A stretch of 60,620 nucleotides of DNA, filler included, from 4 parts of 4 records of this genome joined end to end with filler, not necessarily neighbours in it; one strand, 5' to 3'. Counted from the first letter of the whole stretch, positions 40,316 through 50,378 are shown. The notes: a model not told the origin generated them from the letters alone. Numbers and translations: made by a program.

Positions 40316-41080
40316 TCACGTTTTGAATTCGGCACATTTTCCGTGGATGTTGCCAAGCAGGCCGGCCAGGCCGACGCTGTCGGAACCGGCGACGAAAATG
40401 CGGAAGCCCTTTTCAATCCAAGGCGGCAGAAAATCCAAATTCGGGGTCAGGATTCCGGGCGCCTTGCCATGCTTTTCGCAAGCGGCCAGGACCTTGTCCA
40501 AATTCGCTTCGAATGCCGGGTCCTTGAATTGGCGCGGGATGCCCATGTTGATGCTGAGGTCGAAAGGCCCGACAAACAATACGTCGACGCCTGGCACGGC
40601 GGCGATCTCGTCGGCGTTTCCGACCGCTTCGGTGGTTTCGATCTGAACCATCGTCACCAGATTATCGTTGGCCTTGGCGAAATAGTCGTCGAAATTCTGG
40701 GCAAAACCGCTGCATGGCGGCGACCCGGCGACGCCGCGAATGCCTTCGGGCTGATAACGCAAGGAAAGCGCCGCCTGTTCGGCCTCGGCCGCGGTATTGA
40801 CATAAGGCACCATGATCCCGGCCGCACCGAGATCGAGGACTCGCTTGAAAGTCGTTGGATCGTTCCCGGCGATGCGAACGATCGCCGGCGCGTTCCCAAG
40901 GCGTGCCACCTGTACTTGGTGGACCAGTTCGCTGTAATCGCCGGAACCGTGCTCGCAGTCGATCCAGGTCCAATCGAACCCGGCGTTGCTGATCATTTCG
41001 ACGGTCAGGCTGGAACCCAACTGGGCGGCGATGGCAAACATCCGTTCGCCGCTCAAAACTCGTTCGCGAATGAATTTCAT
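40316..41080 (-). CDS. HpcH/HpaI class II pyruvate aldolase
   Basis: WIDCEHG, VLDLGAAGIMVP, QIET and LFVGPFDLS motifs. Confidence 0.92.
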   Translation of the reverse strand: MKFIRERVLSGERMFAIAAQLGSSLTVEMISNAGFDWTWIDCEHGSGDYSELVHQVQVARLGNAPAIVRIAGNDPTTFKRVLDLGAAGIMVPYVNTAAEAEQAALSLRYQPEGIRGVAGSPPCSGFAQNFDDYFAKANDNLVTMVQIETTEAVGNADEIAAVPGVDVLFVGPFDLSINMGIPRQFKDPAFEANLDKVLAACEKHGKAPGILTPNLDFLPPWIEKGFRIFVAGSDSVGLAGLLGNIHGKCAEFKT

Positions 41081-41225
41081 GGTGTCTAAAACCTCTTAAA
41101 AGTTATTGCTCTTTTTCACCTTGATCTGAACCTTACGGGCCGGTTCGAAACGGGTCCCTCGAAATCGGCCGACCGGCCCAACGTTCAACCGCCAACACAA
41201 ATCCTGAATCCCGGGAATCTGTGGG

Positions 41226-41918
41226 CTATATCGGTTCCCCCTTGAAAATCCGCATCTTGGAATTTCTGACATGGGTCTTCATGGCTGTCCGTGCCCGCTT
41301 TGCATCGCCATTGATGATGCTCCCGAGAACGGTTTCGTGTTCGGCAATCAGTTTTCCCTTTCGTTTTTCAAACGGCGCCGCCGTCATGCGTCGGGTGAAT
41401 TCAATGGAAAACAAAATGTGCTGTTCGACCGCGCGGAACGATTGGACAAAGAACTGGTTGTGTGTGGCCTCGGCAATTGCCTGATGAAATTTGAGATCTT
41501 CCAGAATCCCGCCGGTTGGCGTTTCGAACGCCACGCAAATCATCTCGAAGCGTTCACGCAGCAAATCCAAATCCTTCTCGGTCCGGCGTTGCGCCGCCAC
41601 AAAGGCTGTCTCGCCTTCCAGGAAGTCGCGGAAATCATAGCAGTCTTCTATCTCGGCGATGCTGCCGACGCCCCTGATCTGGCCAGTTTCCGCCAGCGAC
41701 CGTTTGATCACGTAACTGCCGGATCCCTTGCGGGATTCGATATAACCTTCGGTGCGCATACGAGCCAACGCCTCGCGAACCACTGGTCGCGAAACACCGT
41801 AAATACCGCACAACTCCTTCTCGGGCGGAAGCCGGGTGCCTTCCGGGAAGCTGCCGCTAAAGATGGCGCTTAGGAGTTTTTCATAGAGGCGCTCGCCAAG
41901 CGTTACGTTCTCACTCAC
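41226..41918 (-). CDS. GntR/FadR family regulator
   Basis: RLPPEKEL...GVSRPVVREAL and an FCD domain (DLKFHQAIAEATHN). Confidence 0.93.
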   Translation of the reverse strand: MSENVTLGERLYEKLLSAIFSGSFPEGTRLPPEKELCGIYGVSRPVVREALARMRTEGYIESRKGSGSYVIKRSLAETGQIRGVGSIAEIEDCYDFRDFLEGETAFVAAQRRTEKDLDLLRERFEMICVAFETPTGGILEDLKFHQAIAEATHNQFFVQSFRAVEQHILFSIEFTRRMTAAPFEKRKGKLIAEHETVLGSIINGDAKRARTAMKTHVRNSKMRIFKGEPI

Positions 41919-42482
41919 GGTTTTGGGTGCCCCTCCTGTTCAAATGAACTCTTCCGCCGATCCCGAAAAAAAGCATAACAGGCGCCCCCGGAAAATCAAT
42001 AAAGTTGTCCGACACATTTTTCTGGCAAGCGAAGGGCTCGAAATCAAGTTTCGACTTGGAAAATCTATAAAATTGTTATTTTGCAATCGGCTATGAAAAA
42101 AATATGTATTTAAAAATCGGGCAATATGTCGCCCAAAAAAAATTTTGGCCAATCTTCTGTGCCGTTATTTGATTGACAAATTTGTTAACGGCAAATAGCG
42201 TTTGTTGCAATAGCAAGAGCGGACAATACCGCCAAATAAAAAAAGGGAGATAGGCTTCTTGTGCCCGGGAGGCAGGCGGTTGTGGCTTGAACGCAACCGT
42301 GGGCGATTCCCAACAAGAGCAGCATCTTCACCTATTGGATTTGGGTCTGTCCCAATCCTGGTCGGCTAGTCAAAGCCGGGGGAGAGATTGGTGAAACGCG
42401 ATCATCGGCAGGTTGCCCGCCAAATCGGCGCCGGCCAAAGCAATAAATCTCGGAATTCCAATTCAACGTCGGGAGATTTTTA

Positions 42483-43433
42483 ATGCGCAAATCACTGTTA
42501 AGCATTGTTGTCGGAATGGGTGCCGTTCTTGTTGGATCGACGGCCATGGCCGAGAATATCCATATGGCAACCGGGTCCCAGGGCGGATCGTGGTATCCGC
42601 TGGGCGGCGCGATCAAGAGCGCCTTCGAGAAAGAACATGCGGGCATGACCATGTCGGTCCAGCCGGGCGGTGGCATTTCCAACATCGTCGGCGTCGAAGC
42701 CGGCAAGTTTCCGGTGGGCTTTGCCAATTCGACCTCGACGGTCGATGCCGGTGCCGGTCGCCCGCCGTTCAAAAAAGCCGTGAAGAACGTATGTAACGTA
42801 GGCGTTTTGTATCCGCAGTGGTTCCAAATCATCGTCCGCAAGGACAGCGGCATCAAGTCCGTCGCTGACTTCAAGGGCAAAAGGATAACGACACAGCAGA
42901 AGGGTCATACCGGCGAACAACTGACCCGCGCGATGTTGGCTTTGAACGATCTCAGCTATGATGACCTGAAGAGCGTGTCGCACGTGTCTTACAACGACTC
43001 GGTCAACGATATGAAAAACGGTAACGCCGACGTCTTCACGCTCGGTACCGCTTTGCCGGCGGGTGCGGTGATGGATCTTGCCTCGGCGCGTGAAATCTCG
43101 ATCGTCCCGGTCAGCGACGACGTGATCAATGGCTTCAAGGCCAAGAACGCGGCGTTCACGAAGCGCATCGCCAAGGCCGGCAGCTATCCGGGCGTTGATG
43201 CCGATGTTCCGGCTTTGACCTACGACACCCACATGATCGCGGCATGTGACTATCCGGCCAAGAACATCGAGATGATCCTCGATACGATCGCCGCCAATCT
43301 GAAGACTCTGTCGGCGGTGAACAAGAACCTCGCGACCCTGACCATCGAAGGCATGGCCTCCGACCTGGGCGTTCCTTACCATCCGGGCGCGATCGCGTTC
43401 TACGCCAAGCACGGCGTCAAGGTTGGCAAGTAA
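42483..43433 (+). CDS. TAXI family TRAP substrate-binding protein
   Basis: ATGSQGGSWYPLG, GGGISN, LYP and PYHPGA..FY motifs. Confidence 0.92.
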   Translation: MRKSLLSIVVGMGAVLVGSTAMAENIHMATGSQGGSWYPLGGAIKSAFEKEHAGMTMSVQPGGGISNIVGVEAGKFPVGFANSTSTVDAGAGRPPFKKAVKNVCNVGVLYPQWFQIIVRKDSGIKSVADFKGKRITTQQKGHTGEQLTRAMLALNDLSYDDLKSVSHVSYNDSVNDMKNGNADVFTLGTALPAGAVMDLASAREISIVPVSDDVINGFKAKNAAFTKRIAKAGSYPGVDADVPALTYDTHMIAACDYPAKNIEMILDTIAANLKTLSAVNKNLATLTIEGMASDLGVPYHPGAIAFYAKHGVKVGK

Positions 43434-43453
43434 CCTCCGTTCGACTGAGCAAT

Positions 43454-43482
43454 CCGGCGGCGGAACTCGTTTCCGCCGCCGG
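43454..43482 (+). other. intercistronic stem-loop without a U tract
   Basis: CCGGCGGCGGAA-CTCGT-TTCCGCCGCCGG, a perfect 12-bp stem. Confidence 0.7.
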
Positions 43483-43515
43483 TCATAATCAGCCAGAATA
43501 AAAAACGAGGCCATC

Positions 43516-45375
43516 GTGGATCGTGCGAAGCAAATGATCGTTGTCGTGATCGAGGTGATCGCGGCAACGTATTCCGTTTATCACATGTGGGTTGCGTTTG
43601 CCGGGCCGCCGGCGCCGTTCGTGCTGCGGAGCCTTCATGTCGGCATTGCCATGTTCCTTGCCTTCATGATGATCTCGGCCAAAGGAAAAAAACGTGAATT
43701 TCCTTCGCTGATGGGATTTTTATTGGCGCTGGCGGCATTGGCCGCCGCCGGTTATCCCATCGTCATGCAGGACTACTTGTATGATCGCTTTATCTATGTC
43801 GACCCGCTAATTCCGGGCGACTGGATCTTCGGCGTCCTGATCATTCTGCTGATCCTCGAAGCTACGCGCCGACTGGTCGGCCCTGCCCTTCCGGTCGTCG
43901 CAATCACATTCCTGGTCTATGGGTTGTTCTTTGCCGAGATCGATGGCTCGGTGGTCATGGAGCAGGTCTTTATCACTACCGAGGGCATCTTCGGCATTCC
44001 GGTTGCCGTGTCGGCCACGTACATGGTTCTGTTCATTATCTTCGGCTCCCTGGTCGATCGCATGGGCATCGGAAAATTGTTTATGGATTTCGCCGTCGCG
44101 CTGACCGGCCGATCGGCCGGCGGTCCGGCAAAGGTTGCGGTCGTCACCAGCGGTTTGTTCGGCACCGTTTCGGGTTCGGCCGTCGCCAACGTGATGACGA
44201 CCGGCACTTTCACCATCCCGCTGATGAAGGGCATCGGCTATCGCCCGGCGTTTGCCGGCGCCGTCGAGGCCGTCGCTTCGACCGGCGGCCAGATCATGCC
44301 GCCGATCATGGGCGCCGCCGCTTTCGTCATGGCCGAGTATCTGGGTGTCAGTTATTTGACGGTTGCCGCCTACGCCATTATTCCGGCGGTTTTGTATTAC
44401 GTTGCCGTGTTCGCCTCGGTCCATTTCGAGGCTCGGCGGCTCGGCATCCGAGGACTCCCCGACGACCAGATCCCAAACCTTTGGGGCGTGCTGCGTGAGC
44501 GCGGACACCTGTTCTTGCCGCTGGTCGTCATTATCGGCGTGCTGCTCTATGGCTACAGCGCGGCATACGCGGCGCTATGTGGCGTGATGTCGGTGGTGCC
44601 GACGGCGCTTCTGCGCAAGTCGACGCGGCACTACGTGACGCTAAAATCGGTTTACGAGGCGATGGTTAACGGCGCCCGGAATACCCTGCCGATCGCGCTC
44701 GCATGCGCCTCGGCTGGTATCGTCGTCGGCGTCATCGACATCACGGGCCTGGGTTTGTCGTTTGCCAATATCGTTATCGGCGCAGCCCATGAACAGCTGA
44801 TCTTTGCGCTGCTGCTGACCATGGTTGCGGGTATCATCCTCGGCATGGGCATGCCGACGACGCCGGCCTACATCGTCCAGGTTGCACTGCTGGTTCCTGC
44901 CCTGGTCAAGCTGGGGGTGGCGGTTGAAGCGGCCCACCTGTTCGTCTTCTACTTCGCCATCTTGTCGGCGATCACGCCGCCGGTGGCAATGGCGGTTTAC
45001 GCGGCCAACGCGATTTCCAAGGCCGATATATGGAACAGCAGTTGGGCTGCGGTGAAGCTTGGTCTGGCCGGGTATATCGTGCCGTTTATGTTCGTCTTCG
45101 GTCCGGCCTTGATGATGATCGGAACGCCGGTGGAAATCATCACCACGGCGGCGACGGCGATCACCGGGGCGATCTGCCTTGCCGGTGCCCTGAACGGGTA
45201 TTTCTTTAGACTTGCCTCTGTCTGGGAACGTTTGGTCTTGTTTGCGGCCGCAGTGGTGTTGATCAATCCGGGCCTGATCACCGATATCGTCGGTATCGGC
45301 TTGGTCGTCGTGATCATTGGCATCCAGTATTTGAGACGGGACGACGTCGAAGCCGTTTCCGACAAAAGCTGGTAG
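43516..45375 (+). CDS. TRAP transporter fused permease (4TM/12TM)
   Basis: GGPAKVAV, SGSAVANV, GGQIMPPIMGAAAF and GMGMPTT motifs. Confidence 0.93.
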   Translation: MDRAKQMIVVVIEVIAATYSVYHMWVAFAGPPAPFVLRSLHVGIAMFLAFMMISAKGKKREFPSLMGFLLALAALAAAGYPIVMQDYLYDRFIYVDPLIPGDWIFGVLIILLILEATRRLVGPALPVVAITFLVYGLFFAEIDGSVVMEQVFITTEGIFGIPVAVSATYMVLFIIFGSLVDRMGIGKLFMDFAVALTGRSAGGPAKVAVVTSGLFGTVSGSAVANVMTTGTFTIPLMKGIGYRPAFAGAVEAVASTGGQIMPPIMGAAAFVMAEYLGVSYLTVAAYAIIPAVLYYVAVFASVHFEARRLGIRGLPDDQIPNLWGVLRERGHLFLPLVVIIGVLLYGYSAAYAALCGVMSVVPTALLRKSTRHYVTLKSVYEAMVNGARNTLPIALACASAGIVVGVIDITGLGLSFANIVIGAAHEQLIFALLLTMVAGIILGMGMPTTPAYIVQVALLVPALVKLGVAVEAAHLFVFYFAILSAITPPVAMAVYAANAISKADIWNSSWAAVKLGLAGYIVPFMFVFGPALMMIGTPVEIITTAATAITGAICLAGALNGYFFRLASVWERLVLFAAAVVLINPGLITDIVGIGLVVVIIGIQYLRRDDVEAVSDKSW

Positions 45376-45417
45376 CCGCCGCTTAGGTGCGATTGACCAC
45401 AGCAAGACGATTGCGGC

Positions 45418-46230
45418 TTAGTTGCCGGCCGCCTTTTTCGGGCTGATCCCCGTGTGGGTCTTGAACAGGCGGCTGAAATAGTAGGGATCGCCGTATCCAA
45501 GAAGATTGGCCGTTTCCTTTACCGAACGCCCGGTATTCAGATAGTCCTTGGCCCGTTCGATGCGCCGGAATTGTTGGAAACGCGCCGGCGTGTAGCCGAT
45601 GTACTGCCGAAAAATGCGAATGAAGTAGTCGCGGCTGTAGGGCAATTCGTCCAAAACCGCGTCGACATGGTCGCGATCGACGATGTCGTCGCCGATGCGG
45701 GTTGCGGCGTTGGCAACATGCCACGGCAGGCTGTTGCCACCCTTCCAGCCTTCGAAGGCCTCGCTGATGAATTCAAGCAGCAGAGTTTGGAAAAGATGGT
45801 GCTGCTGCAACGAGTTGCTCTCCCGCGGGCTGACCTCGAGATAGAACTCGACAAGCGGTCGCAAACGATCCCAACGGGAAAACACAACATGATTGCGCAC
45901 CGAAATAAGGGAGAACAGGTCGACTTCATTGAACAGCACGAGATTGAAATGTTGGGCCGTTCCCGTGTACAGGTCCGGGCCCGTGTTGCGCCCGCGATAC
46001 CGCGTGCCGGCCGGGATGAACAAAGCCTCGCCCTCGGTCAGCGTGAAGGGGCGATCGTCCAACAGATAATGAGCCGTCCCGGTCAGGCAGATCAGAAGGT
46101 CCTGGCAATCGATCCGCTTGTCGACCCGCCAGCGCCGGCCATGGTGCATACGGATCAACGTGCGCGGCAGGGACAGGTTCAGATTGCCGAAAGGAAGGAC
46201 GTTCACCGGGTTTTCAACGAAATTGTCCAT
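45418..46230 (-). CDS. AraC family transcriptional regulator
   Basis: Cupin-like N-terminus and a C-terminal GYGDPYYFSRLFK..TGISP HTH. Confidence 0.9.
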   Translation of the reverse strand: MDNFVENPVNVLPFGNLNLSLPRTLIRMHHGRRWRVDKRIDCQDLLICLTGTAHYLLDDRPFTLTEGEALFIPAGTRYRGRNTGPDLYTGTAQHFNLVLFNEVDLFSLISVRNHVVFSRWDRLRPLVEFYLEVSPRESNSLQQHHLFQTLLLEFISEAFEGWKGGNSLPWHVANAATRIGDDIVDRDHVDAVLDELPYSRDYFIRIFRQYIGYTPARFQQFRRIERAKDYLNTGRSVKETANLLGYGDPYYFSRLFKTHTGISPKKAAGN

Positions 46231-46595
46231 CTTTTTCCCCGTTCCGCTCCATTGTGATCCTTGAATATTTCCGTCACCATAAAACCATGCGGAATTGGCA
46301 ATCGTCTCGGTTGCCGCGACGGTTTCTCCAGGATGGAGGGCTAAAACCGCAAAAACAACAAGAATCCGGGTTTAAAACGGAAAATCGGGAGGTCGGATCG
46401 GCGCCACGAATCGTGGCTCACGCCGAAGGTTTGATTGTTCCCTTTTTTCCCGCCCCGGATGCTGACAACGGGATAAGGCTGGATAAAATCGTTGTTTCAA
46501 TAGGCGTTACGGCGAATCGGCTGTTACCCGGCATCGATCCGTTACAGCGAATTTTCGTACCGTAACCTTTGAAACACGAAACGGGGAGAAGCCAG

Positions 46596-48035
46596 GTGTC
46601 CGTCGGGGACGACACGGCAAGAAATCTGAAGATTGCCTATATCGGCGGCGGGTCGCTGAACTGGGCACACATCTTCATGAACGACATGGCGCGGGAAACG
46701 CGGCTTGGCGGACATGTCGATTTGTTCGATATCGACCCCGAAGCGGCCCAGCTCAACGAGCGCATCGGTGCCCGTGTCGGCGACCTGCCGGAGGTCGACG
46801 GTCGCTGGACTTTCGCCGCCGTCGAGACGCTGGAGGCGGCCCTGGCCGGGGCCGATTGCGTGGTCATCTCGATCCTGCCCGGCGATTTCGACGACATGGC
46901 ATCTGACGTTCATGTGCCGGAACGTTTGGGCATCGTACAGCCGGTCGGCGATACCACAGGCCCCGGCGGATTGATCCGCGCGCTTAGGGCCATTCCCATG
47001 TTCGAGGAATTCGCCCATGCCATCCGCCGGCATTGCCCGCGGGCGTGGGTGATAAATTTCACCAACCCGATGACCGTACTGGTGCGAACCCTTTATCGCG
47101 TTTTTCCGAAGATCCGGGCCTGGGGATGCTGCCACGAGGTCTTCAACACGCAGAAGCTTTTGGCTGCCATGTTGGCGGACCACCTGGGGCGGCCTGTCGG
47201 CGATTTTCGCCAGATCCAAACCAATGTTCTCGGCATCAACCATTTCACCTGGATCGATCGGGCCAGTTGGCGCGGCATCGATGTGCTGCCGGTCTGGGCC
47301 GAATACGCGCAGCGGCATCGGGCGAGTGGATGGCCGCCGGACGGGCGCGATGTTGGCGATCCGCATTCGAACTGCTTCGATTGCCTGAACCGGGTGAAGT
47401 TCGATCTTTGGACGGACTTCGGGATTATCGCCGCCGCCGGCGACCGGCATCTGGCTGAATTCCTTCCGCAAGCCTGGTATGCCGCGGACAACGAAGCCTG
47501 GGGTTTCGGTTTGACTCCGGTCGATTTCCGTATCGCCAAGCAGGACCGGCAAAGAGCCGAAGCCCATCGTCTGGCAGATGGCGAGACGGCCTTTGTGCTT
47601 CACGAGTCGGGCGAGGCTTTTTCCGAGCAGTTGGTGGCCCTGTGCGGTCTCGGCGATATCGCGACCAACGTCAACCTGCCGAACCGAGGCCAAATCCAGG
47701 GCCTTCCCGAAGATGCGGTGGTCGAGACCAATGCCGTTTTTTCGGCGGACGGCGTCGCCCCCATTGCCGCCGGGCGATTGCCGCGGATGCTCGAGAACCG
47801 GGTTCTGACCCACGTACAAAACCAGGAATTGACGGTCGAGGCCGCGCTCGGGCGCGACCTCGAACTTGCCTATCGCGTTTTCATGCACGACCCGGCTTTG
47901 GCGGCCGTCGGTTTGGCCGACGGCCGCGCTTTATTCGACGACATGGTGCGCAATACGGCACATCGGCTTCCGAAGGGTTTGGGCGGCCGGGACGATTCGA
48001 CCGGCGCGAGTGGCGCCATTCGCAATGTGGCGTGA
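46596..48035 (+). CDS. GH4 glycoside hydrolase, probable alpha-galacturonidase
   Basis: KIAYIGGGS, GDTTGPGG, INFTNPM, GCCHEV and GINHFTW; GTG start after GGGGAG. Confidence 0.85.
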   Translation: MSVGDDTARNLKIAYIGGGSLNWAHIFMNDMARETRLGGHVDLFDIDPEAAQLNERIGARVGDLPEVDGRWTFAAVETLEAALAGADCVVISILPGDFDDMASDVHVPERLGIVQPVGDTTGPGGLIRALRAIPMFEEFAHAIRRHCPRAWVINFTNPMTVLVRTLYRVFPKIRAWGCCHEVFNTQKLLAAMLADHLGRPVGDFRQIQTNVLGINHFTWIDRASWRGIDVLPVWAEYAQRHRASGWPPDGRDVGDPHSNCFDCLNRVKFDLWTDFGIIAAAGDRHLAEFLPQAWYAADNEAWGFGLTPVDFRIAKQDRQRAEAHRLADGETAFVLHESGEAFSEQLVALCGLGDIATNVNLPNRGQIQGLPEDAVVETNAVFSADGVAPIAAGRLPRMLENRVLTHVQNQELTVEAALGRDLELAYRVFMHDPALAAVGLADGRALFDDMVRNTAHRLPKGLGGRDDSTGASGAIRNVA

Positions 48036-48118
48036 CTGAGATGAAAAACCGGGACGACAAGTCGGCAAACGAACGATAAGGATCGAATACGGATCCATTT
48101 TAAGGTGCGACCAGAAAG

Positions 48119-49000
48119 ATGTATGAAAACAGAATTCTCGGATTTGCCTATGTAACGCCCTTTGTAATCGGGCTGCTTACGTTTACGGCCTTTCCGTTCA
48201 TCGCCTCTTTGGGCTTGAGCTTCACGGAATACAATCTCATCGAGAGCCCCATATGGATAGGCCTCGAGAATTTCGAGTTCATGTTTTTCCATGACTCGCT
48301 GTTTTGGAAGTCCCTGTCCGTAACCATGGCATACGTTTTCATAACGGTGCCCCTGAAGCTCGCATTCGCGCTCTATATCGCACACATCCTCAATTACAAG
48401 CTGAAGGGCATCAACCTGTTTAGGACCGGGTATTACGTGCCGTCGATCCTCGGCGGCAGCGTCGCCATCGCGGTTCTTTGGCGCTACATGTTCGCCGACT
48501 ACGGCGTTATCAATCTGATCCTCAACGCGATCGGTCTGGATCCCATCCCCTGGTTCGGCGAACCGGGCTGGGCCTTGTTCACCATCACCCTCCTCCGATT
48601 GTGGCAGTTCGGATCCGCCATGGTGATCTTCCTGGCCGCCCTTCAGAACGTGCCGCAATCGCTTTACGAAGCGGCAATGATCGACGGCGCCAGGAAATGG
48701 CAGGCCTTCACCCGGATCACCATTCCCCTGATCACGCCGGTCATCTTCTTCAATTTTGTCATGCAACTGGTCCAGGCCTTCCAGGAGTTCAACGGGCCTT
48801 ACATCATCACGCAGGGAGGTCCGCTGAAATCGACATATCTGTTGCCACTGTACGTTTACGACGCGGCGTTCAAGAACTTTGAAATGGGGTACGGCGCGGC
48901 GCTGGCCTGGGTCCTGTTCTCTATCGTCATGGTGTTCACGATCATTGCGTTCATGACCTCGAAATTCTGGGTCTTTTACTCCGGCGATAAGCAAAGCTGA
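48119..49000 (+). CDS. togM: oligogalacturonide-type ABC permease (TogM-like)
   Basis: MYENRILG start, PSILGGSVAIAVLWR, EAAMIDGA and WVFYS end. Confidence 0.75.
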   Translation: MYENRILGFAYVTPFVIGLLTFTAFPFIASLGLSFTEYNLIESPIWIGLENFEFMFFHDSLFWKSLSVTMAYVFITVPLKLAFALYIAHILNYKLKGINLFRTGYYVPSILGGSVAIAVLWRYMFADYGVINLILNAIGLDPIPWFGEPGWALFTITLLRLWQFGSAMVIFLAALQNVPQSLYEAAMIDGARKWQAFTRITIPLITPVIFFNFVMQLVQAFQEFNGPYIITQGGPLKSTYLLPLYVYDAAFKNFEMGYGAALAWVLFSIVMVFTIIAFMTSKFWVFYSGDKQS

Positions 49001-49017
49001 GGAAGGGGAAAAAGACC

Positions 49018-49917
49018 GTGAGAAAACTGCAGCAATTCGATATCTCACCCGAGGCTTTGGCCGAGGTCCGCAAAACGGAACGCCGACAGCGTATCAACGC
49101 GACGATCCGCTATCTGATATTGGGCGCCGTCGGGTTCGCGATGATCTACCCGCTGTTGTGGCTGATCGGCGCTTCTTTCAAGACCAACCACGAGATTTTC
49201 ACCGAGATCGGCTTCATACCGATGAACCCGACCTTCGAAGGTTATGTCGAAGGCTGGAAAACGTCCACCGAATACACCTTCGGCCGGTTTTTCATAAACA
49301 CCTTCTGGATATTGATCCCGAAGGTGATTGCGACCGGCATTTCCTCGACCCTGGTGGCGTACGGTTTCGCCCGGTTCGATTTCCCCGGCAAGAAGGTGCT
49401 GTTCACCATTCTGATCGCGACGCTGTTGTTGCCGAACGTGGTAACCCGCATTCCCCAGTACCTGCTGTTTCGCGAATTGGGCTGGCTCGACACCTACCTG
49501 CCGCTTTGGTTCCCGCAATTGTTCGCGGTCGACGCCTTCTTCGTCTTCATGCTGATCCAGTTCCTGCGCGGCGTCCCCCGGGACATGGAAGAGGCTGCGA
49601 TGATCGACGGCTGCCGTCCGTTCCAGGTCCTGCTGTATGTCGTCATTCCGATGCTGAAGCCGGCCATCATATCGGTCTGCCTGTTCCAGTTCATGTGGTC
49701 GATGAACGATTTCCTGGGGCCGCTGATCTACATCTCGTCGGTCGAAAAATACCCCATCGCGCTGGCCTTGAAGATGTCGATATCGACGACCGAGGCCTTC
49801 GAATGGAACCGCATCCTGTCGATGACGGTCCTGGCGCTGACGCCGTCGCTGGTCGTCTTCTTCCTGGCCCAGAAGTATTTCATCGAAGGCATATCAACCA
49901 CCGGCCTGAAGGGTTGA
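49018..49917 (+). CDS. togN: oligogalacturonide-type ABC permease (TogN-like)
   Basis: GWKTSTEYTF, RGVPRDMEEAA.IDGC and FQFMWSMNDF. Confidence 0.75.
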   Translation: MRKLQQFDISPEALAEVRKTERRQRINATIRYLILGAVGFAMIYPLLWLIGASFKTNHEIFTEIGFIPMNPTFEGYVEGWKTSTEYTFGRFFINTFWILIPKVIATGISSTLVAYGFARFDFPGKKVLFTILIATLLLPNVVTRIPQYLLFRELGWLDTYLPLWFPQLFAVDAFFVFMLIQFLRGVPRDMEEAAMIDGCRPFQVLLYVVIPMLKPAIISVCLFQFMWSMNDFLGPLIYISSVEKYPIALALKMSISTTEAFEWNRILSMTVLALTPSLVVFFLAQKYFIEGISTTGLKG

Positions 49918-49929
49918 TGAGGAAACAAC

Positions 49930-50077
49930 ATGTCAGAGGTCATTCTCAACAGTCTCGAAAAAGTCTACCCGAACGGCTTCAAGGCGGTTCACGGCATCAA
50001 CCTGGAAATCCGCGACGGCGAGTTCATGGTCCTGATCGGTCCGTCGGGCTGTTCGAAGTCCACCACGTTGCGGATGA
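49930..50077 (+). CDS. togA: carbohydrate ABC ATPase (TogA-like), truncated at contig end
   Basis: [17 protein letters not shown]...[13 protein letters not shown]. Confidence 0.75.
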
Positions 50078-50177
50078 NNNNNNNNNNNNNNNNNNNNNNN
50101 NNNNNNNNNNNNNNNNNNNNNTTAATTAATTAANNNNNNNNNNNNNNNNNNNNNNNNNNNNNNNNNNNNNNNNNNNN
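50078..50177. other. artificial contig linker
   Basis: N run with TTAATTAATTAA. Confidence 0.98.
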
Positions 50178-50378
50178 AGTACTGTTCATAACTTTCCGCG
50201 CTTCCATGGGTGATTGTTCCGTTCCGAAAACTTCCATCGAACGAACCACCTTTTCTTTTTCAGCCTGCTTAATGGCTCTGTCCTGAGCAGCCATTTTAGC
50301 AGTAGTGGTCGATTGGCTAAAAACTGTTGATGTGCCGAAAAACAGCAACAACAGCCATAAAATTGTAATTTGCTTCAT
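50178..50378 (-). CDS. exported protein, N-terminal fragment
   Basis: Sec signal peptide MKQITILWLLLLFFGTSTVFS-Q; frame runs into the contig end. Confidence 0.7.

Noticed and set aside
50038-50064. Walker A variant GPSGCSKST as a sign of a dead ATPase
   Set aside because: The essential Lys-Ser is retained, and TogA-type ATPases as I recall them also replace this Gly.
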